A stretch of 64,000 nt of DNA from Pseudomonadota bacterium (GTDB taxonomy: Bacteria > Myxococcota_A > UBA9042), in assembly GCA_005792545.1 (NCBI GenBank), contig SXRM01000036.1:5437-69436 (forward strand). Direction: 5' to 3'. Of this stretch, positions 1 to 9,900 are shown piece by piece. The notes below the pieces were generated by a model that was given only the letters and a program-made list of their open reading frames with translations, did not search any database and was not told the origin of the DNA. Made by a program: the position numbers and the translations under genes. Position 1 is the first letter of the stretch. Every line of letters starts with the position of its first letter.

Positions 1-39
1 CATTGAAGGCGGCAACCCGAAGCCGGCCGCTGCTGCGGC

Positions 40-336
40 ATGAAGCACCTGCAGAAGCTGACGGTCGACGAAGTCGCCACGCTGCTCGCGGCGCACCGGG
101 CCTGGTCCCTCGACGCCGAGGGTCACCTGACTCGCGCGTGGGCGCTGCCAGACTTTGCTGTAGCATTGGCGCTGGCCAACCGCATCGGCGCGGTCGCGGA
201 TGCGCAAGACCACCATCCCGACCTCGCTCTGGGCTGGGGCCGCTTGCGGGCCACTGTCTGGTCGCACGATGCGGGTGGCCTCACGGCGCGCGACGTGCGG
301 TTTGTCGTCGCGGTGGATGCCCTCTCTCCAAGCTGA
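40..336 (+). CDS. pterin-4a-carbinolamine dehydratase (PCD/DCoH family)
   Basis: 98-aa ORF of family-typical size. 'AVADAQDHHPDLALGW' contains the D/E-H-H-P core typical of PCD. ATG start. Confidence 0.85.
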   Translation: MKHLQKLTVDEVATLLAAHRAWSLDAEGHLTRAWALPDFAVALALANRIGAVADAQDHHPDLALGWGRLRATVWSHDAGGLTARDVRFVVAVDALSPS

Positions 337-515
337 CCACAACCCCGAGACCAACTGGCTCGCCCAGGTCGCGACCGCCAGCACCATCGTGCGATGGCTC
401 GCCCGTCAGGATGGAGCAGCGCAAGTCTTGTGGAGCACTGGCGCACCGCCAGCAATTCGAGCGCAACCGGAGTAACCTTGGGGCGCGGTCGACTTCTGAT
501 CGCACGGAGCGGCAC

Positions 516-1283
516 ATGCCCTGGCAAATCGCAGTCGGTCTCGTCGTCGGGTTCGTGCTGCTTGGCCTGCGGGTAGCGCAAGAGTATGAGCGCGCAGTGG
601 TTTTTCGGCTCGGGCGTTTCGCCGGCGTGCGCGGTCCGGGGCTGTACTGGAACATCCCGTTTTTCGAATGGCAGACCAAGGTCGACATCCGCACCGTGAC
701 CGTCGACGTCGAACCGCAGGAGACCATCACCAAAGACAGCGTTACCGTCCGCGTCAACGCCGTGCTGTGGTATCGCGTTGCCAACCCCGAGCGCGCCATT
801 ATCGCGGTCGAGCGCTACGACCGTGCGACCTACCAAGTCGCGCTGACGACCTTGCGCAACATCATTGGCCAGCACGACCTCGACGAGGTGCTGCGCAGCC
901 GCGATGCCATCAATACCACCATCAAGGGCATTGTCGACCAGTTGACTGATCCCTGGGGCATCGTGGTCGAGATGGTCGAAATGAAAGACGTCGAAATCCC
1001 CGAGGCGATGCAGCGCGCGATGGCCCGCGAAGCCGAAGCCGTCCGCGAAAAACGCGCGCGTATCATCAAGGCCGAAGCCGAACGCGATTCGTCGGTCAAG
1101 TTGGCCGAGGCCGCGGCGGCCATGGCGGCCAACCCCGCAGCGCTTGAACTGCGCCGCCTGCAGACCATTGCCGAGGTCGGCGCTGAGCACAATTCGACGA
1201 CGCTGCTAGTGATGCCCGCGGAGTTCATTCAGGCCGCCAAGGCTGTGGCAGATCGCGCAGGTGTCACGGGCAAGTCGACGTAG
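516..1283 (+). CDS. SPFH/band-7 (stomatin/prohibitin-like) membrane protein
   Basis: ORF 3..1283 trimmed to in-frame ATG 516. MPWQIAVGLVVGFVLLGL is an N-terminal TM helix, followed by an SPFH core (VVFRLGR..GPGLYWNIPF) and a coiled coil (EIPEAMQRAMAREAEAVREKRARIIKAEAE). The upstream part of the ORF overlaps the PCD gene out of frame. Confidence 0.85.
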   Translation: MPWQIAVGLVVGFVLLGLRVAQEYERAVVFRLGRFAGVRGPGLYWNIPFFEWQTKVDIRTVTVDVEPQETITKDSVTVRVNAVLWYRVANPERAIIAVERYDRATYQVALTTLRNIIGQHDLDEVLRSRDAINTTIKGIVDQLTDPWGIVVEMVEMKDVEIPEAMQRAMAREAEAVREKRARIIKAEAERDSSVKLAEAAAAMAANPAALELRRLQTIAEVGAEHNSTTLLVMPAEFIQAAKAVADRAGVTGKST

Positions 1284-1363
1284 CGTTGCATTTGTCGGGA
1301 CGCCGCGGCACAATGGGCGACGGCAAGTCGAAAGTGATCAACAACGCTTAAGTATCGATAGCA

Positions 1364-1393
1364 ATTTCATGCACCTGAACAATGGGGGGGATC
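1364..1393 (+). promoter_or_regulatory. conserved 5' element copy 1 (ATTTCATGCACC-TGAACAATGGGGGGGATC); function unknown
   Basis: The 18-nt core at 1376-1393 is identical to 3897-3914 and 17/18 to 35318-35335(-). Over 30 nt it is 27/30 identical to the minus-strand copy. It contains the ATG (1382) of the kinase ORF. Confidence 0.6.
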
Positions 1394-3769
1394 ATCCAAG
1401 TCCTTGGAAAAGTCTACGCCGACCGCTATCGGGTGGTCGGCCACATCGGCTCCGGTGGCATGGGCGACGTGTTCGCGGTCGAGCACACCGTGCTGGGCCG
1501 GCGATTTGCTTTGAAGCGCATGCAGGTCCACGGGGCAGAGCATCGCGTGGCCGTCGAGCGCTTCTTGCGCGAGGCTCGCGCAGCAGCGGCGACTGGCCAC
1601 CCGGGCGTGGTCGAAGTGTTCGACCTGGGCTTTGATGGCGACGGAAATCCGTTTCTGGTCATGGAGTTGCTTCAAGGCCAAAGTCTGCGTGAACGTCTGC
1701 GGGTCGGGCCGCTGCTGCCGCAGGCGCTGCTGCCGCTAGCCGAGGGCATTCTTGAGCCGCTTGGTGCCGTCCACGCAGCCGGTATCGTGCACCGCGACCT
1801 TAAGCCCGACAACGTGTTCCTGGTGCCGCAGGGCAGCCGCGGTTTTCGAGTCAAGCTGCTCGACTTTGGCCTGGCGCGCACCGACGACGGGGCCGATCAG
1901 CAGCTGACGCAAGCCGGTGCGGTGCTCGGCACGCCGCTCTACATGGCGCCGGAGCAGGCGCGCGGCGAGACCGTGGACTCACGCACCGACCTCTACGCCG
2001 TGGGCGCGATGCTGTACGAAGCGGCGTGCGGCAAGCCGCCGTTTCGCGGCGCCACCTACGCGGCGATCCTCGGCCAGATGTTGACCACCCCGGCCGACCC
2101 ACTGCCGCTGGGGCCGCTGTCGCAAGCGTGGCGTGCGACTATCCTGCGGGCCTTGGCCAAAAAGCCCGCCGACCGGTTTGCGACCGCCGAGGCCATGGCG
2201 GCGGCGTTGCGCGGCGACGGGTTCGCGGAAATAGAGCCCTACCTGGCTGCGCCGAGCGGTGCTCAAGTGGTGGTCATCCGCGGCGCGGACCCGACGACTG
2301 CGGTTGACGTCACGCTGGATGGCAACACGCCGGCGCCGCCGACTGCCGACTTCGCGCCGACGCTGGATTCGTCGGTCGGCGTTGCGGCGCAGCCGAGCAG
2401 CCTGCCCGGAGCGCTTCCCGACGTCGAATCACTGGTCCAGTCCGGTCAAATCGATGCGGCGCAAGAGCGAATGCGGCGAGCTGCGCTGCGCGCCAAGGGC
2501 GACTTCGACGTACAGGCACGGGCTTGTCTGCTCGAACTGCTGGGCAAACGCGATCGCGCCTACAAGTCGGCGGCCGCGCTGGACCAGGAGCAACTTGGTC
2601 CGTGCGCTCGTGCAGCCATCGACGGGCTGCTCGCGCTGCGCAACGGGGTGCCAGCCTTGGGAATTGCTCCGGTCGCCGCCGCCTGTGCGCGTTGGCCAGA
2701 CGATGCAATGCTCGGCTATTTGCACGGTCGACTCTGCCTCGAAAGCGACCAGTTCGAGCGGTCCCGCCAGGTCTACGAAGTGCTGCTGACACGCTGGCCG
2801 GCATTTGAGCCTGCCGTCAATCGCCTGCTTGAGCCCCTGCTGCTCCGCGACGAAGTTCAGGCGGCAGAGGATCTCGTCGACGCGTACATCGCAAACGCTC
2901 CCGATGGCGCCGAGCTCGACATGCTCGAAATCGAGCTCTGGGTCGGTCAGCACCGCTACACCGAGGCTCTAGACCGCATCCGGCGCGACATGACGGCCAA
3001 TCCGGCGCGCGAAAAGGAGTTTTTTCGCTTGCTGGGCGACGTCCTCGTCCTGGTCGGCGATCCGGCCGGGGCGATTGCGGCCTATGACCGCATCGAAAAG
3101 CGCGAACGGCGCGACAATTGCGTGCTGGGTGCGCTCTGGCAATTGGGGCGCCATGACGAGGCCCGGGCGCTGCTGGCGGACGCCATCGCCAGCTACGACG
3201 CCGACAACGACGCGCGTGTCTCGCGGCTGGGAACGCTTTGCCTGGATGCCGCGCTGTGGGCGCTTGAGACTGGCGACGCGGGCCTCGCGGCACTGGTCGC
3301 GGAGCGGTTGCGAGGCGTGACTTCGGCGGCGACTGAGATGCGCTTTTCGGGCGACCGGGCGTTTTGCCTCGCGGCGGCAGCGCAATTTGCGGGCCGTAAC
3401 CCGGATTTCGGGCTCTTGCGAGACGATAAAGGGCACCCCTTGGTGGCACTACTAGACGCGCGGCGGGATCCATCGCGTGCGGTCGCGCTGCTTGGGCCTG
3501 TCTGCGCTCCGGCAGCCATTCGCGACGGCACCGTCTCCAGCCATGTCCTACCGGTGTTGTGGGCCGACTACGGGTGTGCGCTGGTCGCATATGGGCGTCC
3601 CAGGGAAGCGCTTGCCTGGCTGGATCGGGCGCTGCGGCCACGCCACTTCGAGCCCACGCGCGGCATCGTCTGGCGGCGGGCGACTCAGGCCAAGGTCGCC
3701 GCGCTGCAAGCTTTGGGACGACCCGGTGAGGCCGCGGCAGTCGCACGAGCGCTTGCCGCCGGTGCATAA
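1382..3769 (+). CDS. Hanks-type Ser/Thr protein kinase with C-terminal TPR-like helical-repeat domain
   Basis: GSGGMGDVF glycine loop, ALK, HRDLKPDNVFL, DFGLAR and GTPLYMAPEQ motifs. About 480 aa of helical repeats follow, with no TM helix seen. ATG 1382 has no SD and lies inside the conserved element. The next in-frame start (GTG 1433) would cut into kinase subdomain I. Confidence 0.85.
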   Translation: MGGIIQVLGKVYADRYRVVGHIGSGGMGDVFAVEHTVLGRRFALKRMQVHGAEHRVAVERFLREARAAAATGHPGVVEVFDLGFDGDGNPFLVMELLQGQSLRERLRVGPLLPQALLPLAEGILEPLGAVHAAGIVHRDLKPDNVFLVPQGSRGFRVKLLDFGLARTDDGADQQLTQAGAVLGTPLYMAPEQARGETVDSRTDLYAVGAMLYEAACGKPPFRGATYAAILGQMLTTPADPLPLGPLSQAWRATILRALAKKPADRFATAEAMAAALRGDGFAEIEPYLAAPSGAQVVVIRGADPTTAVDVTLDGNTPAPPTADFAPTLDSSVGVAAQPSSLPGALPDVESLVQSGQIDAAQERMRRAALRAKGDFDVQARACLLELLGKRDRAYKSAAALDQEQLGPCARAAIDGLLALRNGVPALGIAPVAAACARWPDDAMLGYLHGRLCLESDQFERSRQVYEVLLTRWPAFEPAVNRLLEPLLLRDEVQAAEDLVDAYIANAPDGAELDMLEIELWVGQHRYTEALDRIRRDMTANPAREKEFFRLLGDVLVLVGDPAGAIAAYDRIEKRERRDNCVLGALWQLGRHDEARALLADAIASYDADNDARVSRLGTLCLDAALWALETGDAGLAALVAERLRGVTSAATEMRFSGDRAFCLAAAAQFAGRNPDFGLLRDDKGHPLVALLDARRDPSRAVALLGPVCAPAAIRDGTVSSHVLPVLWADYGCALVAYGRPREALAWLDRALRPRHFEPTRGIVWRRATQAKVAALQALGRPGEAAAVARALAAGA

Positions 3770-3804
3770 CGGCAGCGGCGAAATTGCCAGTAGTTTTAGA
3801 CTCC

Positions 3805-3825
3805 TGAACATTGCGGGGATAGATC
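3805..3825 (+). promoter_or_regulatory. degenerate copy of the conserved 5' element (TGAACATTGCGGGGATAGATC)
   Basis: Same order of boxes (TGAACA, TG, G-run, GATC) as the core element. Lies 92 nt upstream of copy 2, in the same intergenic region and on the same strand. Confidence 0.4.
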
Positions 3826-3896
3826 CGCCTCCCCCCGCGGCCGCCGCGCGGAATTCGGCAACACGCCAGGCGATTAACCGTGTGTTTAAGCAGGCT

Positions 3897-3914
3897 TGAA
3901 CAATGGGGGGGATC
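3897..3914 (+). promoter_or_regulatory. conserved 5' element copy 2 (TGAACAATGGGGGGGATC); function unknown
   Basis: Identical 18-mer to 1376-1393. Lies 71 nt upstream of ATG 3986 of the giant lipoprotein gene. A TGG-TATCTT extended -10-like box (3957-3965) starts 45 nt after the element. Confidence 0.6.
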
Positions 3915-3985
3915 GTGTAACTGCGCAAAAAGCGCCTTCCGCGCCACCGACTTGCGTGGTATCTTGCCCGCCCACCGAGGCCCCC

Positions 3986-6900
3986 ATGCATGACCGCGCT
4001 GCCCACCTTCGCCATCACGCTCCGACGCGCACCGTCCTTGCCCTACTACTGGCGGCGTGCGGCACGGACCCGGTCAGCAAGCCGGCGCCAGCCAGCGACG
4101 CTGCAACAGCCCAAGTCGATACGGACGTCGCAGCGGCAGACCTTGCCAGCCCCGAGGTCGCGTCGCCCGATGTCGCCGTCGACGTGCCCGACCAGACGGC
4201 CCGTGCGCCGGACGACAGCGTGTCGGCTACCGACGTAGCAGTAGACGGGCCGGCAATCCAGGACCTTGGGTCCGACGTCCCACCGCCGCCCGACATCGAC
4301 GCTGGACCGCCGTGCAAATCCAACGCCGACTGCCCGTCGGCCACCGAGCCCTGCACGGAGTCGCGCTGCGAGGCCAAGCTCGGCTACTGCAAGTTCGTCC
4401 AGGCGCTGGACGGCGTGCCATGCGATGACGGCGAGTCGTGCACGCTGGGCGACAAGTGCAAAGCCGGCCAGTGCCTCGCAGGCAAGCCCGGCTGCAACTG
4501 CGCCAAAGACGCCGACTGCGCGGCGTTTGACGACGGCGACCTGTGCAACGGCGCTTGGGTCTGCAACAAAGCCCAAACGCCCAGCGTGTGTGCCGCTGCT
4601 CTGGGCACCAAGGTTGTGTGCGCGGCGAGCGACTCGCCGTGTAGCGCCAACGTCTGCAACCCGGTGTCCGGCGCCTGCGAAGCCACACCCACCAACGACG
4701 GCGCGGCGTGCGAAGACGGCAAGATCTGCACCAGTGGCGACCTGTGCAAGGGCGGCAGCTGCGTGGCCGGCAAAGACGACTGCCCGTGCAAGAAGAACGC
4801 CGACTGCGACGACGACGGCGACGCCTGCAACGGCATCCCCTACTGCGACAAGAGCGAACTGCCTTGGTCGTGCAAGATTAACGCCGGCACCATCGTGTCG
4901 TGCAACAAGGGCAGCGACACCGCCTGCGTCGCCAACAAGTGCAACCCCAAGACCGGCACCTGCGCGCTCACGCCCATCAACGAAAGCGGCAAATGCGAAG
5001 ACGGCGACCCGTGCAGTGGCAGCGACTTCTGCAAGGCCGGCACCTGCGCAGCGGGCGTCAACCTGTGCGGCTGCAACACCGACGCCCAGTGCAAGCAGTA
5101 CGACGACGCCGACCTGTGCAACGGCACGCTGTTCTGCAACCTGACCACCAAGCCGCACCAGTGCCAGGTCAACCCCAAGACCGTAGTCGTGTGCCCCAGC
5201 GTCGACGACACCGCCTGCACCAAGAACCAGTGCGAGAAGTCGACGGGCAAGTGCGGATTCGTACTCGCCAAAGATAGCAGCCCCTGCAACGACGACAACC
5301 CGTGCACCACCGACGACTACTGCAAGGCTGGCGTGTGCACCGCGGCGACCAACATCTGTCCCTGCAACGCCAACGGCGACTGCTCGACCAAAGACGACGG
5401 CAACCTGTGCAACGGCACCCTGTATTGCGACAAAAGCAAGGTGCCATACACCTGCGCCGTCAACCCGGCCACCGTCAAGACCTGCCCAAATGTGGACAAC
5501 ACGGCGTGCCTCGCCAACCTGTGCCAGCCAAAGACCGGCGCCTGCACCATGACCTCAGTCAACCAGGGCGCAGTGTGCGAGGCCGACGGCAATCCCTGCA
5601 CGGTCGGCGATGTCTGCGAAGCCGGGGCGTGCAAGACCGGACCCAACAACTGCCCCTGCAACCAGGACAGCGACTGCAAGGCCCAGGAAGACGGCAACCC
5701 GTGCAACGGCACGCTCTATTGCCAGAAATCGACCAACACCTGCGTGCTGAACCCCAACACCATCGTGCAGTGCGGCACGCTCGGCGACACCTTCTGCGCC
5801 TCAAATCAGTGTGACCCCCAAAGTGGCAAGTGCGCCTTGGCGCCGCGCAACCAGGGCCTCGCTTGCGACGCGGACGGCAATGCCTGCACCCAAGGTGACG
5901 TCTGCGACAAGGGCAAGTGCCTGGTCGGCACCAACACCTGCGGCTGCCAGGCCAACGCCGACTGCAGCAAGTACGAAGACGGCAACCCCTGCAATGGCAC
6001 GCTCTATTGCGACAAGGCAACGCTGCCTTTCCAGTGCAAAGTCAACCCGGCCAGCATCAAGGACTGCGGAACCGGCGTGCCCAAGCCGTGTCAGGTCTGG
6101 CAGTGCAACCCCAAAACCAATGCCTGCGAGTATTTCCCGGGCACCGACGGCGTGCCCTGCGAAGACGGCGTGGCGTGTACCGTAGGCGACGTCTGCCTCG
6201 GCGGCAGCTGCAACAAGGGCAGCAACCTGTGCGGTTGCCAAAAAGACGCTGACTGCGCGAACGGCGAAGACGGCAACCTGTGCAACGGCCAGCTGTACTG
6301 CGACAAGAGCAAGGTGCCGTATCAGTGCAAGGTCAACCCGTATTCGGTGGTGGTGTGCCCAACTGTCGCCGACACAGACTGCTTGTTCAGCCAGTGCGAG
6401 CCCAAGACTGGCCTGTGCCTGCCGACCGCGGCCACCGAGACGGGCCCCTGCAACGACGGCGACGCGTGCACGGCCAACGACAATTGCAAGAAAGCCGAGT
6501 GTGTCGGCGCGCCGCTCAAGTGCGACGACGGCATCGTTTGCACGTTTGACGCATGCGATCCGGGCTTGGGGTGCGTAGCCATTGCCAATGCCGCGGCTGC
6601 CTGCAACGACGGCAACGTGTGCACCACCGACACCTGCGACATCAAGGCGGGCTGCGCCCACACTGCGGCCCAGGGAACGCTCACTTGCGACGACGGCGAC
6701 CCATGCAGCGGCCCCGACGTCTGCAATGCCGGCAAGTGCGGCGGCGCGAAGAGCGGCGGCTGCGACGACGGCAACCCCTGCACCGACGACGCGTGCGCGC
6801 CAGGTGGCGGCGCGTGCTTGTTCACGCCGAACACCAAGTCGTGCGAGGGCGACTTGCGCTGCTCCGGCGGTGTATGTGGCGGCTGTCGTGCGTTCGGCCG

Positions 6901-9900
6901 GCCGCTGCGCGTCGGTTGCGACCTGGTCGAGCCCTGGCCGTATTATCCAGAGAATGCGCTGCCGCCGCACCCGCCGCTGGCCAGTCAATGCGAGCTCCCG
7001 GGCAACAAGGGCCTCGAAGAGGGCGAAGACGCGACGGAACTGTCTGATGGGCGTTTGCTGGCCGTCGGGGCTGCAGCGCTCGATGGCGGCACGGCAACCT
7101 TGGGTTGGGTGCAGTGGTTTCTGCCGGGAGGCAAGTGGCTGCAAGACCAAACGTACGGCAAGGCTGGCGTTGCCCGCTTTCTGGGGGCTGTCGCTGCCCC
7201 GGCTGGCGGCGCCTGGCTGGCAGGCATCCATGCGGATACCGCGAAGGTGCCGCGGCCTTGGTTGGTCAAGGTCGATGCACAGGGCAAGGTCGCCGCCGAG
7301 GTCGTGCTGCCGGCCAGCGCGACCGATGCTGGGGCGGTGGCCCAATTCGAAGCGGTCACGTCCACCTTGGACGGTGGCTGCATCGCAGTCGGCTGGACGC
7401 AGGGCGCCAAGAACACGACCACCGATGCCTTGGCCGTGCGGTTCGATGCCACTGGGACCGTCGTTTGGACCACAGTCATCAACACGACGACCGCCAATCA
7501 GACACCGCAGAGCGAGAAGTGGCACGCCATTGCGGGCAGCGCCGACGGCCAGTCCTTCGCGCTTGCCGGCCAGCGCGGCAACGCCCTAAAACCCGCGAGC
7601 GGCACTGAGGGCTGGCTGGTGGCGCTCGACGTCAAAGGCCAGTGGTTGTGGCAACGCGATCACGGCGGTTCGGGGCACGACGTCCTGTACGCTGTGGCGC
7701 GCAGTCCGACGGGCGGCTGGATCGCAGCCGGCACCCGCGACAAGCCGACCATGAACCAGCCTGGCGATGGCTGGATCCTGCGGACTGACACCCACGGATT
7801 GTGGGTAGACGAACTGACCTTGACCGGCCCCGGCGACGACGTTTTGCGGGTTATCGGCTGGCACCCAAAGAACGGCTGGCTGGCGGCCGGGTCGCAAGCC
7901 ATGAACCTCGGACCGAACGACAAAACCTGGTCCCCGGGTTACGACCGCGGCAAGGCTTGGTTCGTGCGGCTCAAACCTGACCTCACGCTATTGGGCCAGA
8001 CCCACAGCGACTACTACGGCACGGAGACGATCCGCGGCGGCACTGTTCTCCGCGAGGGCGACCTGTGGGTTGCCGGCGACACGCGCACCCACGAGACTGC
8101 GGGTCCGACACCCATCGACAAGCCCGATGGGCTCGCCTTGCGGGTCGACGGCGACACCGGCATCGACAGCTGTCCGTGCAACACATTTGAGCGCATCGAC
8201 GCCACCGCCAGCGGTCCGTCGCGGCTCGAGGGCGTTGTCGTCAGCGCAGCTGGCCAGGCTGGCGTCGTTGGCTGGCAGACAGCAAGCAACGGACTTGCAG
8301 ACGCGTGGGTGCAAACCATGGACGCCGTGGGCAAGGTGCTGAGCAATCAGGTCTTCGGCAAGCTCGGCGACGACCGTCTGTACCACGTCGCGCCCAACGG
8401 CGCAGGCTTTGTCGCTGTTGGCTCGACGGATTCAACCGGTGCTGGCCTCAAAGACGGCTGGGTGGTGCGCCTGGACGCCAACGGCAAGGTGTTGAGCGAG
8501 CACACCTTCGGCGGCAACCTCGACGACGAGCTGTTGCGCGTACATGGCTTGCCCGACGGCAACTGGCTGGCGGTAGGCCGCAGCAAGTCGCAGGCAAAGG
8601 GCGGCTTTGACGGTTGGGCTGTCGCGCTCAAGCCCGACTTCACCATCGCCTGGGAAAAGCGCATCGGCGCCAAGTTTGACGACGGACTGCGCGGAATTGC
8701 GCTTTTGGGTGGCAGCAATGACTGGCGGATTCTCGTCGTCGGCCACTTTGGCTTCGAGCCCAACGCCAACGGCTATCTGGCAGTATGGAAGCCCGACAGC
8801 TCGCCCGCGCTCGACGCCACGGGCAAGAGCTTGGAAACTCAACTTGCTGCCAATGGCACCAAACTTAACACCCATCATCAGCTGCTGCATGATGTTGCTC
8901 GCCTTGGCGACGGCACCGCTGTCGCAACGGGCCACGTTGGTAACGGCGTCATCCTCGGCGGCGCGCCTTGGTACGTACGCATCGATGCCGCAGGAAAGGT
9001 GACCAAAGACTACGTGCTTCCAACCAGCAACGGCGGCGATGTCGGTCGACAGGTTCTGCCGGAAGGCGCCGACGGCTTCGCGGTCGTCGGAGAATGGGCT
9101 GGACCCGGCTACCTGGACGGCGGCGGAGCAGCGTTCGCGGTGCGCTTCAACGGCGCCGACATCTTGCAGGGTTACGTGAACCAGTACGCCACGCCAGCGG
9201 GCAAGTTCGCATATGCAATGGCATTTTCTTCGTTCGCCCGCTTGCCGAACGGCCATTATCTCGCCGTCGGCCACGCCGACAAGGTCAAGGGCGGTACCCG
9301 CTATGGCTGGGCGATGCGCATGGATGCCTACTTGCAGGGTCCAGGCATGCGCTTCAACACGCAGCTGCCCGCAGACGGGAACTGCAGCTCTGTGCGGTGC
9401 GGTCAGTGGTTCCCGGCGCGCTCGCGCAACCATGGCGACGACTGTACGGACGACAACGAATGCACGGTCGGCGACCAGTGCACCGCGGCCAAATGCCAGT
9501 CGCACCAACCCAACCCCTGCGACGACGGCAATCCGTGCACTGCAGACGCCTGTTACGCTGGCCCCGGTTGCACTTCAGAGCCAACCAACGACGGCAAGAC
9601 CTGTGGTACAGACTTGCTGTGTGGCACTGGCAATTGCGGCGGCAAGTGCCTGAACTTACTCAGCGCGACCGCGCCGCTACCCAAACACGAGCAATACGTC
9701 CGCGCCGTGCCAGCGCAAGGGGGCGGTTGGTGGGTAACCGGCCAGTCGCGCGCCATCAACATCGACGCCGTCCACCCTTTCGATGCCTGGGCCGGCAAAG
9801 TCGACGCCACTGGCAAGCTGGCGCCGTTGTTCGAGTCTGGCCTTGGCAGCTACAACGACTCGCTCGATGCCGTTGTGCCAATGCCCGACGGCAGCGTTTG

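Noticed and set aside
3-515. N-terminal 171-codon extension of the SPFH ORF, and likewise the 160-codon extension of the serS ORF (12225..12704).
   Set aside because: The extensions overlap the PCD gene and the HEAT-repeat gene respectively, and are Arg/Pro-rich nonsense. Family homology starts at the internal ATGs (516 and 12705).
5801-7525. Long antisense or alternative-frame ORFs in the track (for example 4046..5158-, 5801..7525-, 27016..28470+, 28148..29854-, 43619..45139+, 46263..47903+, 50595..52424+, 53858..55186-, 60902..62062+, 62264..63670-).
   Set aside because: Their products are Arg/Ala/Gly/Pro-rich low-complexity strings with no motifs. Each overlaps a gene on the other strand or frame that has clear family motifs and GC3-rich codons. 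This is a typical stop-codon-poor artefact of high-GC DNA.
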